From: an uncultured Actinomycetota bacterium
GTDB lineage: Bacteria; Actinomycetota; Actinomycetes; Propionibacteriales; Nocardioidaceae
DNA length: 64,000 bases
Reading direction: 5' to 3'
Assembly: GCA_963728775.1 (NCBI GenBank)
Contig: CAVSLP010000009.1
Location: 1,429 to 65,428 of the forward strand
Shown here: one piece after another, positions 27,658 to 36,205 of the stretch
Numbering within the stretch: position 1 is the stretch's first letter
Layout of the letters: every line of letters starts with the position of its first letter
Position numbers and translations under genes: made by a program
The notes under the pieces: generated by a model
What the model was told of the DNA's origin: nothing
Seen by the model: only the letters and a program-made list of their open reading frames with translations
Databases searched by the model: none

Positions 27658-28080
27658 ATGACTGTTGCGACCTCACAACGCCGGGGCGGGGGCTACCTCG
27701 AGCGTCCGGCGCCCAGCGGCCTGGCCGACGTCATCGACATCATCCTGGACAAGGGCATCGTCATCGACGCCTACGTCCGGGTGTCGCTCGTCGGCATCGA
27801 GCTGCTCACCATCGACGCACGCATCGTGATCGCGTCCGTCGACACGTACCTGCGCTTCGCCGAGGCGACCAACCGCCTCGACCTCTACGAGCACGGCGGC
27901 AAGGACATCACCGAGGCGGTCGGCGACCTGCAGCAGGGTGGGGCCGCGAAGAAGACCAGCGGCGCGATCAAGGGCGTCAAGCAGGCCCTCACCAGCGGCG
28001 ACGACGGGGAGGACGGCGGGGGCTCCCGCCGACCCGCCAAGAAGTCGCCCGCCCGCCGACGCAGGACGCAGGAAGAGTGA
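27658..28080 (+). CDS. gvpA: gas vesicle structural protein GvpA (long-tailed actinobacterial type)
   Basis: [49 protein letters not shown] is the canonical GvpA core. GGAAGGA lies upstream. Confidence 0.93.
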   Translation: MTVATSQRRGGGYLERPAPSGLADVIDIILDKGIVIDAYVRVSLVGIELLTIDARIVIASVDTYLRFAEATNRLDLYEHGGKDITEAVGDLQQGGAAKKTSGAIKGVKQALTSGDDGEDGGGSRRPAKKSPARRRRTQEE

Positions 28081-28862
28081 GCCGGACGCAGACCCGGCGG
28101 GCCGGGCCGGTGACGGGCGACGAGCCTGCGGCTGACCTGGCCTGCTACGTGTACGGCGTCGTCGCCGGCGCGCAGCAGATCCCGGGCGACCTCGCCGGGG
28201 TCGACGACGGTGCGGTCGAGCTCGTCGGGCACGGCGACATCGCCGCGGTGGTGAGCGAGATCGAGGTCGAGCGGCCCCCGGGCCGCCGCAAGGACCTGGT
28301 CGCGCACGGCACGGTCGTCGACACCCTCGCCACGGCCGGCCCGGTGGTACCGGTCCGGTTCGGGTCCGTGCTGCCCGACCGGGCGTCGGTGGTCGAGCAG
28401 CTCCTGGCGCCCGACCACGACCGGTTCACGGGGCTGCTGGGCGAGCTCCGCGGCCGGGCGCAGCTCAACCTGCGCGCGACGTACAACGAGGCCGCGGTGC
28501 TGGCCGAGGTGGTCGCCGAGCAGCCGGAGATCGCCGAGCTCCGGGCCCGCACGCGTGACCTGACCGAGGAGGCCGGGTACGCCGACCGGGTGCGGCTCGG
28601 CGAGCTGGTCGCCCGCGCGATGGAGGCGAAGCGGGACCACGACGCCGGGATCATCCTCGACGCCACGCTGCCCCACGCCGCGGCGCACAACCCGCGCGCC
28701 GGCTCCGGGGTGGACCACCTGCTCGACGTGGCGTTCCTCGTCGACGACGACCGGCGTCAGGCGTTCGAGGACGCCCTCGAGTCGATGGCCGCGGCGATGC
28801 ACGAGCGCGCGCGGCTGCGGCTGTTCGGCCCGTTGGCGCCGTACGACTTCGTGGAGGGATGA
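28077..28862 (+). CDS. gvpF: gas vesicle protein GvpF/L family (first copy)
   Basis: GTGA overlap with gvpA. CYVYGVV...[16 protein letters not shown]...VVPVRFGSV...C-terminal [13 protein letters not shown] is typical of GvpF/L. Confidence 0.88.
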   Translation: MSRTQTRRAGPVTGDEPAADLACYVYGVVAGAQQIPGDLAGVDDGAVELVGHGDIAAVVSEIEVERPPGRRKDLVAHGTVVDTLATAGPVVPVRFGSVLPDRASVVEQLLAPDHDRFTGLLGELRGRAQLNLRATYNEAAVLAEVVAEQPEIAELRARTRDLTEEAGYADRVRLGELVARAMEAKRDHDAGIILDATLPHAAAHNPRAGSGVDHLLDVAFLVDDDRRQAFEDALESMAAAMHERARLRLFGPLAPYDFVEG

Positions 28863-28865
28863 GGG

Positions 28866-29117
28866 ATGGGGCTGATCAGCGGGCTGCTCACGCTGCCTCT
28901 CGCGCCGGTGCGCGGGACGGCGTGGGTGGCCGACCAAGTCCTGCAGCAGGCCGAGGAGGAGCTCTACGATCCCGCGAAGATCCGGCGGCAGCTCGACGAC
29001 GTGGACCGGAGGCGTGAGAACGGGGAACTTACCGACGAGGAGGCGACCGCGATCGAGGACGAGCTCGTGGACCGCCTGCTCATCAGCAGGAGCCGACCTG
29101 GGACCCGGGAGGGGTAG
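28866..29117 (+). CDS. gvpG: gas vesicle protein GvpG
   Basis: MGLISGLLTLPLAPVRGTAWVADQVLQQAEEELYDPAKIRRQL..L....GELTDEE....EDEL is the GvpG pattern. Confidence 0.88.
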   Translation: MGLISGLLTLPLAPVRGTAWVADQVLQQAEEELYDPAKIRRQLDDVDRRRENGELTDEEATAIEDELVDRLLISRSRPGTREG

Positions 29118-29121
29118 CACC

Positions 29122-29517
29122 ATGGCGACCAACAAGACCAGCACCTCCGGGCGCGCGACGAAGAAGTCGTCGTCCGCGAACGGCGACGGGCAGGCGACCC
29201 GGAGCCGCTCGTCCGCGAGCCGGCAGCGCGCGGGGGCCCCGCGCGCGGCGGCACCGCGGACGATGAACGGGGCGGCCGTCGCCGCCGAGGCGTCCCGGCA
29301 GCTGCTGCAGCTGACCGGCCGGGCGGCCGAGGGGGTGACCGGGCTGGAGCGGACCGACGACGGGTGGAAGGTGCAGGTCGAGGTGGTCGAGGTCCGCCGG
29401 ATCCCGGACACCACCGATGTGCTGGCCGTCTACGAGATCGATGTCGACTCCGACGGTGACCTCGAGGGCTACCGGCGGCTGCGCCGCTACACCCGCGGTG
29501 TCGCCCGGGAGGAGTAG
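29122..29517 (+). CDS. gvpO: gas vesicle protein GvpO
   Basis: ATG at 29122. S/T/K/R-rich N-terminus, then AAEASRQLLQLTGRAAEGVTGLERTDDGWKVQVEVVEVRRIPDTTDVLAVYEIDVDSDGDLEGYRRLRRY. Confidence 0.85.
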   Translation: MATNKTSTSGRATKKSSSANGDGQATRSRSSASRQRAGAPRAAAPRTMNGAAVAAEASRQLLQLTGRAAEGVTGLERTDDGWKVQVEVVEVRRIPDTTDVLAVYEIDVDSDGDLEGYRRLRRYTRGVAREE

Positions 29518-29520
29518 CCG

Positions 29521-29877
29521 ATGACGGAGAGCCAGAGCCCCGCGACGACCTCGCGCCCGTACTCCGCGCCGATGGGCGCCTCGTCGCGGCCGCAGCCGGC
29601 CAGCCTGGCCGACATCCTCGAGCGGGTGCTGGACAAGGGCATCATCATCGCCGGCGACATCCGGGTGAACCTGCTCGACATCGAGCTGCTCACCATCAAG
29701 ATCCGGTTGCTGCTGGTGTCCGTCGACAAGGCCCAGGAGATGGGCATCGACTGGTGGCGCAACGACCCGATGCTCACCACCAGCGAGCAGGGCCTGGCCG
29801 ACGAGAACCGCCGGCTCCGCGAACGCATCGAGGCGTTGGAGTCCGGCGACGGCGCGAAGGCGGGCGGGCGTGGCTGA
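29521..29877 (+). CDS. gvpJ: gas vesicle protein GvpJ (GvpA/J family)
   Basis: SLADILERVLDKGIIIAGDIRVNLLDIELLTIKIRLLLVSVDKAQEMGIDWW. Confidence 0.9.
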   Translation: MTESQSPATTSRPYSAPMGASSRPQPASLADILERVLDKGIIIAGDIRVNLLDIELLTIKIRLLLVSVDKAQEMGIDWWRNDPMLTTSEQGLADENRRLRERIEALESGDGAKAGGRG

Positions 29878-30643
29878 GACCGGCCGGTACCTCTACGCGA
29901 TCTCGCGTGGCCTCGAGCCGACCGCGCTCGACACCACCCCGGGTCTGCGTGATGCCCCGCTCGCGGTGGTGGAGCACCGCGGCCTGTGCGCGGTGGTCAG
30001 CGACGTCGACCTCGACGAGTTCGGCGAGCAGGCGCTGCGACGCAACCTCGAGGACCTCGGGTGGCTGGAGTCCGTCGCCCGCGGCCACGACGCGGTGGTG
30101 CACGCGGTGGCCGGGCTCGGACCCACCGCACCGCTGCGGCTGGCCACCATCTGCCTCGACGAGGACGGCGTCCGGGCCCGCCTCGACGAGTGGTACGACG
30201 GGCTCACGGCTGCCCTGGACCGGGTGCAGGGACGTCGCGAGTGGAGCGTGAAGGCGTTCGCGCCCGTCGGGGAGCCGACCCCGGCACGGCCGGCCGGTGG
30301 GTCGAGCCGCGCCCCGGGCGCCGGCGCCGCCTACCTGCAGCGCAAGAAGGCCGAGACGTCGGCCCGGCAGCACGCCGAGCAGCACGCGCTCGACGTCGCC
30401 GAACACCTGCACGCTCGGCTGTCGGCGCTCTCGGTGGCCAGCCGCCGACTGCGTCCGCAGGACCCGCGGCTCACCGGCCACGAGGGCACGATGACCCTGA
30501 ACGGTGCGTACCTCGTCGAGGTCGACGAGGAGGCCGGCTTCGCGGCTGCCGCCGACGCGCTCGCCGCCGGCCTTCCCGAGGCGCGAGTGCTGGTGCAGGG
30601 GCCCTGGCCGCCGTACTCCTTCGCCACCCTGGAGTGCCCGTGA
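29870..30643 (+). CDS. gvpL: gas vesicle protein GvpF/L family (second copy)
   Basis: GTG at 29870 overlaps the gvpJ end by 8 nt. RYLYAISRG...LAVVEHRGLCAVVSDVDLDEF...C-terminal VQGPWPPYSF. Confidence 0.88.
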   Translation: MAETGRYLYAISRGLEPTALDTTPGLRDAPLAVVEHRGLCAVVSDVDLDEFGEQALRRNLEDLGWLESVARGHDAVVHAVAGLGPTAPLRLATICLDEDGVRARLDEWYDGLTAALDRVQGRREWSVKAFAPVGEPTPARPAGGSSRAPGAGAAYLQRKKAETSARQHAEQHALDVAEHLHARLSALSVASRRLRPQDPRLTGHEGTMTLNGAYLVEVDEEAGFAAAADALAAGLPEARVLVQGPWPPYSFATLECP

Positions 30644-30846
30644 CCGAGATGGCGGTGGACCCCGACGACCGGCCCGCCGGGCAGATCGCCCTGGTCGACC
30701 TGCTCGACCGGCTGCTCGGCACCGGCGTCGTGCTGGCCGGGGACGTGGTGATCTCGCTGTCCGGGGTGGACCTGGTCCAGGTCCGGCTGCATGCCCTGAT
30801 CAGCTCGGTCCGGGCCGACATGGTGGGGCTGGTGGGCGAACGGTGA
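30640..30846 (+). CDS. gvpS: gas vesicle protein GvpS (small GvpA/J family member)
   Basis: GTGA overlap with gvpL. IALVDLLDRLLGTGVVLAGDVVISLSGVDLVQVRLHALISSV. An ATG at 30649 is an alternative start. Confidence 0.85.
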   Translation: MTEMAVDPDDRPAGQIALVDLLDRLLGTGVVLAGDVVISLSGVDLVQVRLHALISSVRADMVGLVGER

Positions 30847-31136
30847 CCGAGGAGCCACGGCTGTTCCCGCAGCGCCTGGAGACCGACCCCGAGTCGGTCG
30901 AGCGGGACCTGTTCAAGCTGGTGCTGACCGTCATCGAGCTGATCCGCCAGCTCATGGAGAAGCAGGCGCTGCGGCGCGTGGACGAGGGCGACCTCACCGA
31001 CGAGCAGATCGAGGGCCTCGGGGTCGGCCTGATGCACCTCGAGGAGGCGATGACCGAGCTCAAGGACCGCTACGGACTCACCACCGCCGACCTGAACATC
31101 GACCTCGGCCCGCTGGGCACCTTGCTCTCCGACTGA
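30843..31136 (+). CDS. gvpK: gas vesicle protein GvpK
   Basis: GTGA overlap with gvpS. DPESVERDLFKLVLTVIELIRQLMEKQALRRVDEGDLTDEQIEGLGVGLMHLEEAMTELKDRYGL. Confidence 0.9.
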   Translation: MTEEPRLFPQRLETDPESVERDLFKLVLTVIELIRQLMEKQALRRVDEGDLTDEQIEGLGVGLMHLEEAMTELKDRYGLTTADLNIDLGPLGTLLSD

Positions 31137-31236
31137 CGCATCCGCCGGGCCGGCGGGACCTGCGACCCCTCGCCGACGACGAAGGTCCCTCGACGGCGGG
31201 TTCCCCCGCGGCGCACGCTCGAAGCATCAGACGGGG

Positions 31237-31626
31237 ATGCGGTTTGGAGGCGTCATGATCGTGATCGGGATGTTGCTGGTCGCCCTCCTCGCGGTCGGGG
31301 CGATCGTCGCCCTCGGGCTGCGCAGGTGGACACTCGACGAGGCTCGGACCGAGGGCCGGCTCCACCAGCCGGGCGCACACGCCCTGACCTACGCGGTGCC
31401 GGCGGGGCAGGACCCGGCCATCGTGGCCGCGGCGCTGTCGCACGAGCACTTCACCACGGTGACGGACTACGAGGGGGGCCACGAGCGACTGCTGGTGGCC
31501 GCCGACGAGCAGGACCGGGCGCGCGTGCGCGACATCATCGAGCACGTCGACCGGGCGGGCATCGACGGGCCCGAGATGCACGTCGCCCACGTGCGGTTCG
31601 AGGACGAGACGCCCGAGCCCGCGTAG
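31237..31626 (+). CDS. hypothetical membrane-anchored protein downstream of gvpK
   Basis: 129-aa ORF with one N-terminal TM helix (VMIVIGMLLVALLAVGAIVALGL) and a soluble domain. No recognisable motif. Confidence 0.5.
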   Translation: MRFGGVMIVIGMLLVALLAVGAIVALGLRRWTLDEARTEGRLHQPGAHALTYAVPAGQDPAIVAAALSHEHFTTVTDYEGGHERLLVAADEQDRARVRDIIEHVDRAGIDGPEMHVAHVRFEDETPEPA

Positions 31627-31650
31627 CGGCGCCCGGGACGGCGGCCCTCC

Positions 31651-33147
31651 TCAGGCGCCGGCGACCTCCGCCTGCTCCTCGCACTCGGGGGTCGCCTCGC
31701 AGGAGCGGCGAGCCCGCAGCTCGCGCACCGCGAGCACCAGGGCCACCAGCACGAACCCGACCGCGCAGCCGAAGGTGACCGTCACCGACCGGGCCAGGTC
31801 GTGCGCCGCCGAGAACGTGATCCGGTACGCCGCGGCGAGCACCGCCGCCCCCACCGCGCTGCCGATCCGCTGCCCCGTCTGCAGTGCCCCTCCGGCCGCA
31901 CCGCCCATCCGCGGCGGCACCGAGGCCAGCGTCATCGTGATGTTCGGGGAGATCACCGCGCCGCTGCCCAGCCCCGCTACCAGCAGCGGGGCGACCAGCA
32001 CCAGTGCCGGGTGGCCGGGCAGGGTCGCCGGGACCACGACGATGATCGCGGCGAAGCCCACGGTGACCAGGGTCAGCCCGGCCACCGTGACCCAGCGGCC
32101 GAACCGCTCCACCAGCCGTCCGGCGAGCACCGAGCTCACCGACGACCCCACCGCGAACGGGGTCACCGCGAGACCGGACTGGAACGGGCTGAAGCCCAGG
32201 CCCTCCTGGAAGAACAGCGCGAGCACCAGCCAGATCCCGCTGAACCCGCAGAAGTACACCAGGCCGAGCACGATCCCGGACGCGTAGCCGGGCGTGTGCT
32301 GGAACAGCGCCACGTCCAGCAGTGGGCTGCGCCCGCGACGCAGCAACCGCCGCTCCCACCGCACGAAGGCGACGCCGAACGCCGGGGCGAGCGCCACCAG
32401 CGCCCACAGCCAGGTGCCGGGGTCGCCCATCGCCGCGACCAGCGGCAGCAGCACGCAGAGCACCCCCAGGCCGAGCAGCAGCGCGCCGGTCCCGTCGAGC
32501 TGCCGCCGCAGCGGCTCGTCGCGCGGCTCGGCGGGCGGGAGCCAGCGGGCGGCCAGCACCGTCGCCACCAGACCCAGCGGGACGTTGACGAAGAACACGT
32601 AGCGCCAGCCGTCCTGCTCGCCGAACGTCGCGAGGATCACCCCGCCCAGGATCGGCCCGGAGGCCGCGGAGATCCCCACGGTGGTGCCGAAGATGCCGAA
32701 CGCGCGGGCCCGCTCGTCCCCGCTGAACAGCTGCTGGATCAGCCCGGACGCTTGCGGGGTGAGCAGCCCCGCGGCCGCACCTTGGAGCAGCCGGGCCACC
32801 ACGACCAGGTGCTCGGTCGGCGCCGCCCCGGCCGCCGCGCTGGTCAGCGTGAAGGCCACCAGCCCGACCAGGAACATCCGGCGCCGGCCGACCACGTCAC
32901 CGATCCGGCCGCCGGCCACCAGGGTGAGCCCGAAGGTGAGCGCGTAGCCGGAGACGATCCACTGCACGGCCTGGGCCGAGGCGCCCAGGCCGGCCTCGAT
33001 GGAGGGCACCGCGACGTTGACGATGGTCACGTCCAGCAGGCCCATGAAGCCGACGAGCAGCGTCACCGACAGGGCCCGCCAACGGTCCCGGTGCCCGGGT
33101 GTCCGGGCACCGGGGGCGGCGTCGGTTTGCTCGTGGAGGGTAGGCAT
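31651..33147 (-). CDS. MFS transporter, DHA2 (EmrB/QacA, 14-TM) type
   Basis: ATG at 33147: MPTLHEQT...LLVGFMGLLDVTIVNVAVPSI...WIVSGYALTFGLTLVAGGRIGDVVGRRRMFLVGL is the canonical DHA2 N-terminus. Confidence 0.85.
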   Translation of the reverse strand: MPTLHEQTDAAPGARTPGHRDRWRALSVTLLVGFMGLLDVTIVNVAVPSIEAGLGASAQAVQWIVSGYALTFGLTLVAGGRIGDVVGRRRMFLVGLVAFTLTSAAAGAAPTEHLVVVARLLQGAAAGLLTPQASGLIQQLFSGDERARAFGIFGTTVGISAASGPILGGVILATFGEQDGWRYVFFVNVPLGLVATVLAARWLPPAEPRDEPLRRQLDGTGALLLGLGVLCVLLPLVAAMGDPGTWLWALVALAPAFGVAFVRWERRLLRRGRSPLLDVALFQHTPGYASGIVLGLVYFCGFSGIWLVLALFFQEGLGFSPFQSGLAVTPFAVGSSVSSVLAGRLVERFGRWVTVAGLTLVTVGFAAIIVVVPATLPGHPALVLVAPLLVAGLGSGAVISPNITMTLASVPPRMGGAAGGALQTGQRIGSAVGAAVLAAAYRITFSAAHDLARSVTVTFGCAVGFVLVALVLAVRELRARRSCEATPECEEQAEVAGA

Positions 33148-33199
33148 GGCACGAGACGGGTACCCGCGCCCGTACAACGGAAACCGGAAGGGAGCCCAG

Positions 33200-34057
33200 A
33201 TGACCGACCAGCCCACCGTCGCACTCCTCGGCACCGGCGTGATGGGGGCCGGCATGGCGCGCAACGTCGCGGCCGCCGGCATCCCGCTGCGGGTGTGGAA
33301 CCGCAGCCCCGAGAAGGCCGTCCCGCTCGCCGACTCCGGCGCCACCGTCTGTGCCAGCGCCGCCGAGGCGGTCGAGGGCGCCGACGTCGTCGTCACGATG
33401 CTGTTCGACACCGACAGCGTGGCCGGCACGATGCGCGCGGCCGCCGAGGCCCTGAAGCCGGGCACGGTGTGGCTGCAGATGGCCACCGTGGGCGTGGACG
33501 GCTGCGCGACGCTGGCCGGGCTCGCCGACGAGCTCGGTGTCCGGTACGTCGACGCGCCGGTGCTCGGCACCCGCAAGCCGGCCGAGGACGGGGCACTGGT
33601 GGTGCTCGCCTCCGGGCCGGACGACGTGCACGACCTCCTCGCACCGGTCCTGGACGCGGTGGCGTCGCGGGTGATGTGGCTCGGCGCGGCCGGCAACGGC
33701 AGCCGGCTCAAGCTGGTGGCGAACTCCTGGGTGCTCACCGTCGTGGAGGGGATCGCGGAGTCGCTGACGCTGGCCCGGGCCCTCGGCCTGGATCCGCAGC
33801 AGTTCCTCGACGTGGTCAAGGGCGGCGCGATGGACGCGCCGTACGTCCAGCTGAAGGGGTCCGCGATGCTCGCCGGCGACTTCGCCACCGCGTTCGGCCT
33901 GGACGGGGCGGCCAAGGACGCGGAGCTGATCGTGCAGGCGGCCCGGGACGCGGGCGCGGACCTCGCGGTGATCGAGGCGGTGCGCGACCACTTCGTCCGG
34001 GCCCGGGAGGCGGGTCACGGCGACAAGGACATGGCGGCGACCATCCTCGCGCACTGA
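33200..34057 (+). CDS. NAD(P)-dependent oxidoreductase (3-hydroxyisobutyrate / 6-phosphogluconate dehydrogenase-like)
   Basis: ATG at 33200: MTDQPTVALLGTGVMGAGMARNVAAAGIPLRVWNRSPEK...DAPVLGT...G.GSRLKLVAN. Confidence 0.85.
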   Translation: MTDQPTVALLGTGVMGAGMARNVAAAGIPLRVWNRSPEKAVPLADSGATVCASAAEAVEGADVVVTMLFDTDSVAGTMRAAAEALKPGTVWLQMATVGVDGCATLAGLADELGVRYVDAPVLGTRKPAEDGALVVLASGPDDVHDLLAPVLDAVASRVMWLGAAGNGSRLKLVANSWVLTVVEGIAESLTLARALGLDPQQFLDVVKGGAMDAPYVQLKGSAMLAGDFATAFGLDGAAKDAELIVQAARDAGADLAVIEAVRDHFVRAREAGHGDKDMAATILAH

Positions 34058-34106
34058 GCTTGCTGTGGCCCGGCCCACACCGGGATGACCCGGCGGGACG
34101 TCGCTG

Positions 34107-34140
34107 TTAGGCTGCCCTTACTTAGGAAAGCCTTACCTTC
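34107..34140. promoter_or_regulatory. two overlapping IdeR/DtxR iron-box-like sites upstream of efeU
   Basis: TTAGGCTGCCCTTACTTAG matches the TTAGGTTAGGCTAACCTAA consensus at 12/19. TTAGGAAAGCCTTACCTTC matches at 13/19. Both lie in a locally AT-richer patch 14-47 nt upstream of the efeU GTG. Confidence 0.4.
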
Positions 34141-34153
34141 ACGTCTCTGCGAG

Positions 34154-35008
34154 GTGCCCGTGCTGGCGAACTACCTGATCGGCCTGCGCGAGGGCCTCGA
34201 GGCCAGCCTGGTCGTGGTCATCCTGGTCGCCTACCTGGTCAGGTCCGGGCGCCGCACCCTGCTGCCCCGGGTCTGGGCCGGGGTCGCGATCGCCGTCGGG
34301 GCCTCGCTGGCCTTCGGCGCGCTGCTCACCTTCGGCCCGCAGGGGCTGAGCTTCCGGGCCCAGGAGGGCATCGGCGGCACCCTCTCGATCGTCGCGGTCG
34401 GGTTCGTCACCTGGATGGTGCTGTGGATGGCCCGCTCCGCCCGCGGGCTGTCCGGGGAGCTGCGTGGCCAGCTCGACCGGGCCGCCGAGGCCGGCTGGGC
34501 CAGCCTGGTGCTGGTGGCCGTGCTGGCCGTCGGCCGGGAGGGACTCGAGACCGCGTTGTTCCTGTGGGCCGCGACCCAGGCGGCCGCCGGCACCGCCGCG
34601 CCGCTGGCCGGTGCCGCGCTCGGCCTGCTCACCGCGGTCGGGCTCGGGTTCGGGATCTACCGGGGCGCGCTCCGGCTGAACCTGGCCCGGTTCTTCGCCT
34701 GGACCGGCGGGGTGCTGATCCTGGTCGCGGGCGGGGTGCTCGCCTACGGCGTGCACGACCTGCAGGAGGCCGGCCTGCTGCCGGGCCTGCACAGCCTCGC
34801 CTTCGACGTGAGCACCGTGGTCGACCCGGCCTCGTGGGTCGGGGCGCTGCTCAAGGGCACCGTCAACTTCTCCCCCGCCACCACCTGGCTGCAGGCCGGG
34901 GCGTGGCTGCTCTACGTGGTCCCGACGATGACGCTGTTCTACCGCCGGATCCACCTGAGCAGGCAGCCCACGGAGGCGGCGCGCGTGCCCGCCGGCGCGG
35001 CGCGCTGA
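34154..35008 (+). CDS. efeU: iron permease EfeU (FTR1 family)
   Basis: Two REGLE motifs (IGLREGLEASL, VGREGLETALF) and 7 TM segments. GTG at 34154 or 34160. Confidence 0.88.
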   Translation: MPVLANYLIGLREGLEASLVVVILVAYLVRSGRRTLLPRVWAGVAIAVGASLAFGALLTFGPQGLSFRAQEGIGGTLSIVAVGFVTWMVLWMARSARGLSGELRGQLDRAAEAGWASLVLVAVLAVGREGLETALFLWAATQAAAGTAAPLAGAALGLLTAVGLGFGIYRGALRLNLARFFAWTGGVLILVAGGVLAYGVHDLQEAGLLPGLHSLAFDVSTVVDPASWVGALLKGTVNFSPATTWLQAGAWLLYVVPTMTLFYRRIHLSRQPTEAARVPAGAAR

Positions 35009-35038
35009 CCCGTCCCGAACACCGAGAAGGAACCACCC

Positions 35039-36205
35039 GTGAACCGACGGACGCTGAGTCTTGCCCTGGTGCCCGTGCTGGGCCTGCCACTGGCCGCGTG
35101 CGCCTCGAACGCCGACCCGGACCCGGGCGACGCCGGCGTGGTCACCGTGTCGGCCACCGACGACGGCTGCGCGCTCTCGACCGACCGGGCCCCCGCGGGC
35201 AACCTGGTCTTCGAGGTCAGCAACGACGGCGGCAAGGTGACGGAGTTCTACCTCTACGCCGCCGACGGCGTCCGGATCGTCGGCGAGGTGGAGAACATCG
35301 GTCCGGGGCTGAGCCGCCGGCTGGTGCTCAAGGCCCGGCCCGGCCGCTACCTGACCGCCTGCAAGCCCGGGATGACCGGCGACGGGATCCGGGCCCGGTT
35401 CACCGTCATCGGCGCCGACGCCGACGCGCCGCTGACCGGTGCGCAGCGGCGGCTGGTGGACGCCGCGAACGCGGGCTACCGCCGCTACGTGCGGGAGCAG
35501 ACCGACGCGCTGCTGGCCGGCACCCGGCGGTTCGTCCGCGCCTACCGGCACGGCCGCGACGACCGGGCCCGGCACCTGTACCCCAGGGTGCGCGTGCACT
35601 GGGAGCGGATCGAGCCCGTCGCCGAGTCCTTCGGCGACCTCGACCCGCGGATGGACGCCCGCGAGGCGGACCTCGAGCCGGGGCAGCAGTGGACCGGCTG
35701 GCACCGGATCGAGAAGGACCTGTGGCCGCCGCGCGGCCGGGGCTACCGGCCGCTCGGCGCGGAGCGGCGCGCCGGCTACGCCAGCCGCCTGCTCGACGAC
35801 ACCGTCACGCTGCACGCGCGGGTGCGGAAGCTGAGCTTCACCGAGGACCAGGTCGCCAACGGCGCCAAGAGCCTGCTGGACGAGGTGGCCACCGGCAAGG
35901 TCACCGGCGAGGAGGAGATCTGGTCGCACACCGACCTGTTCGACTTCCAGGCCAACGTGCACGGCGCCCGGGTGGCGTTCGACGGGCTGCGCGCGGTGCT
36001 CGAACGGAGGGACCCGGCGCTGGCGCGGCTGATCGCGCGCCGGTTCGCTCAGCTGCAGCGGCTGCTGGACCGCTACCGGACCGGCCCGGACGGCTTCGTG
36101 GGCTACGACAGCCTGCGCACCGGCCAGGTCCGGGAGCTCTCCGACGCGGTCAACGCGTTGTCCGAGCCGCTGTCCCGGCTGACCGCCGCGGTGGTGGCGT
36201 CATGA
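35039..36205 (+). CDS. efeO: iron uptake system component EfeO (cupredoxin-like N-domain plus imelysin/M75 domain), lipoprotein
   Basis: Lipobox LPLAAC, N-terminal cupredoxin-like VTVSATDDGC...FEVSNDGGKVTEFYL, and a C-terminal imelysin-like region. Its position between efeU and efeB fits. Confidence 0.85.
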   Translation: MNRRTLSLALVPVLGLPLAACASNADPDPGDAGVVTVSATDDGCALSTDRAPAGNLVFEVSNDGGKVTEFYLYAADGVRIVGEVENIGPGLSRRLVLKARPGRYLTACKPGMTGDGIRARFTVIGADADAPLTGAQRRLVDAANAGYRRYVREQTDALLAGTRRFVRAYRHGRDDRARHLYPRVRVHWERIEPVAESFGDLDPRMDAREADLEPGQQWTGWHRIEKDLWPPRGRGYRPLGAERRAGYASRLLDDTVTLHARVRKLSFTEDQVANGAKSLLDEVATGKVTGEEEIWSHTDLFDFQANVHGARVAFDGLRAVLERRDPALARLIARRFAQLQRLLDRYRTGPDGFVGYDSLRTGQVRELSDAVNALSEPLSRLTAAVVAS

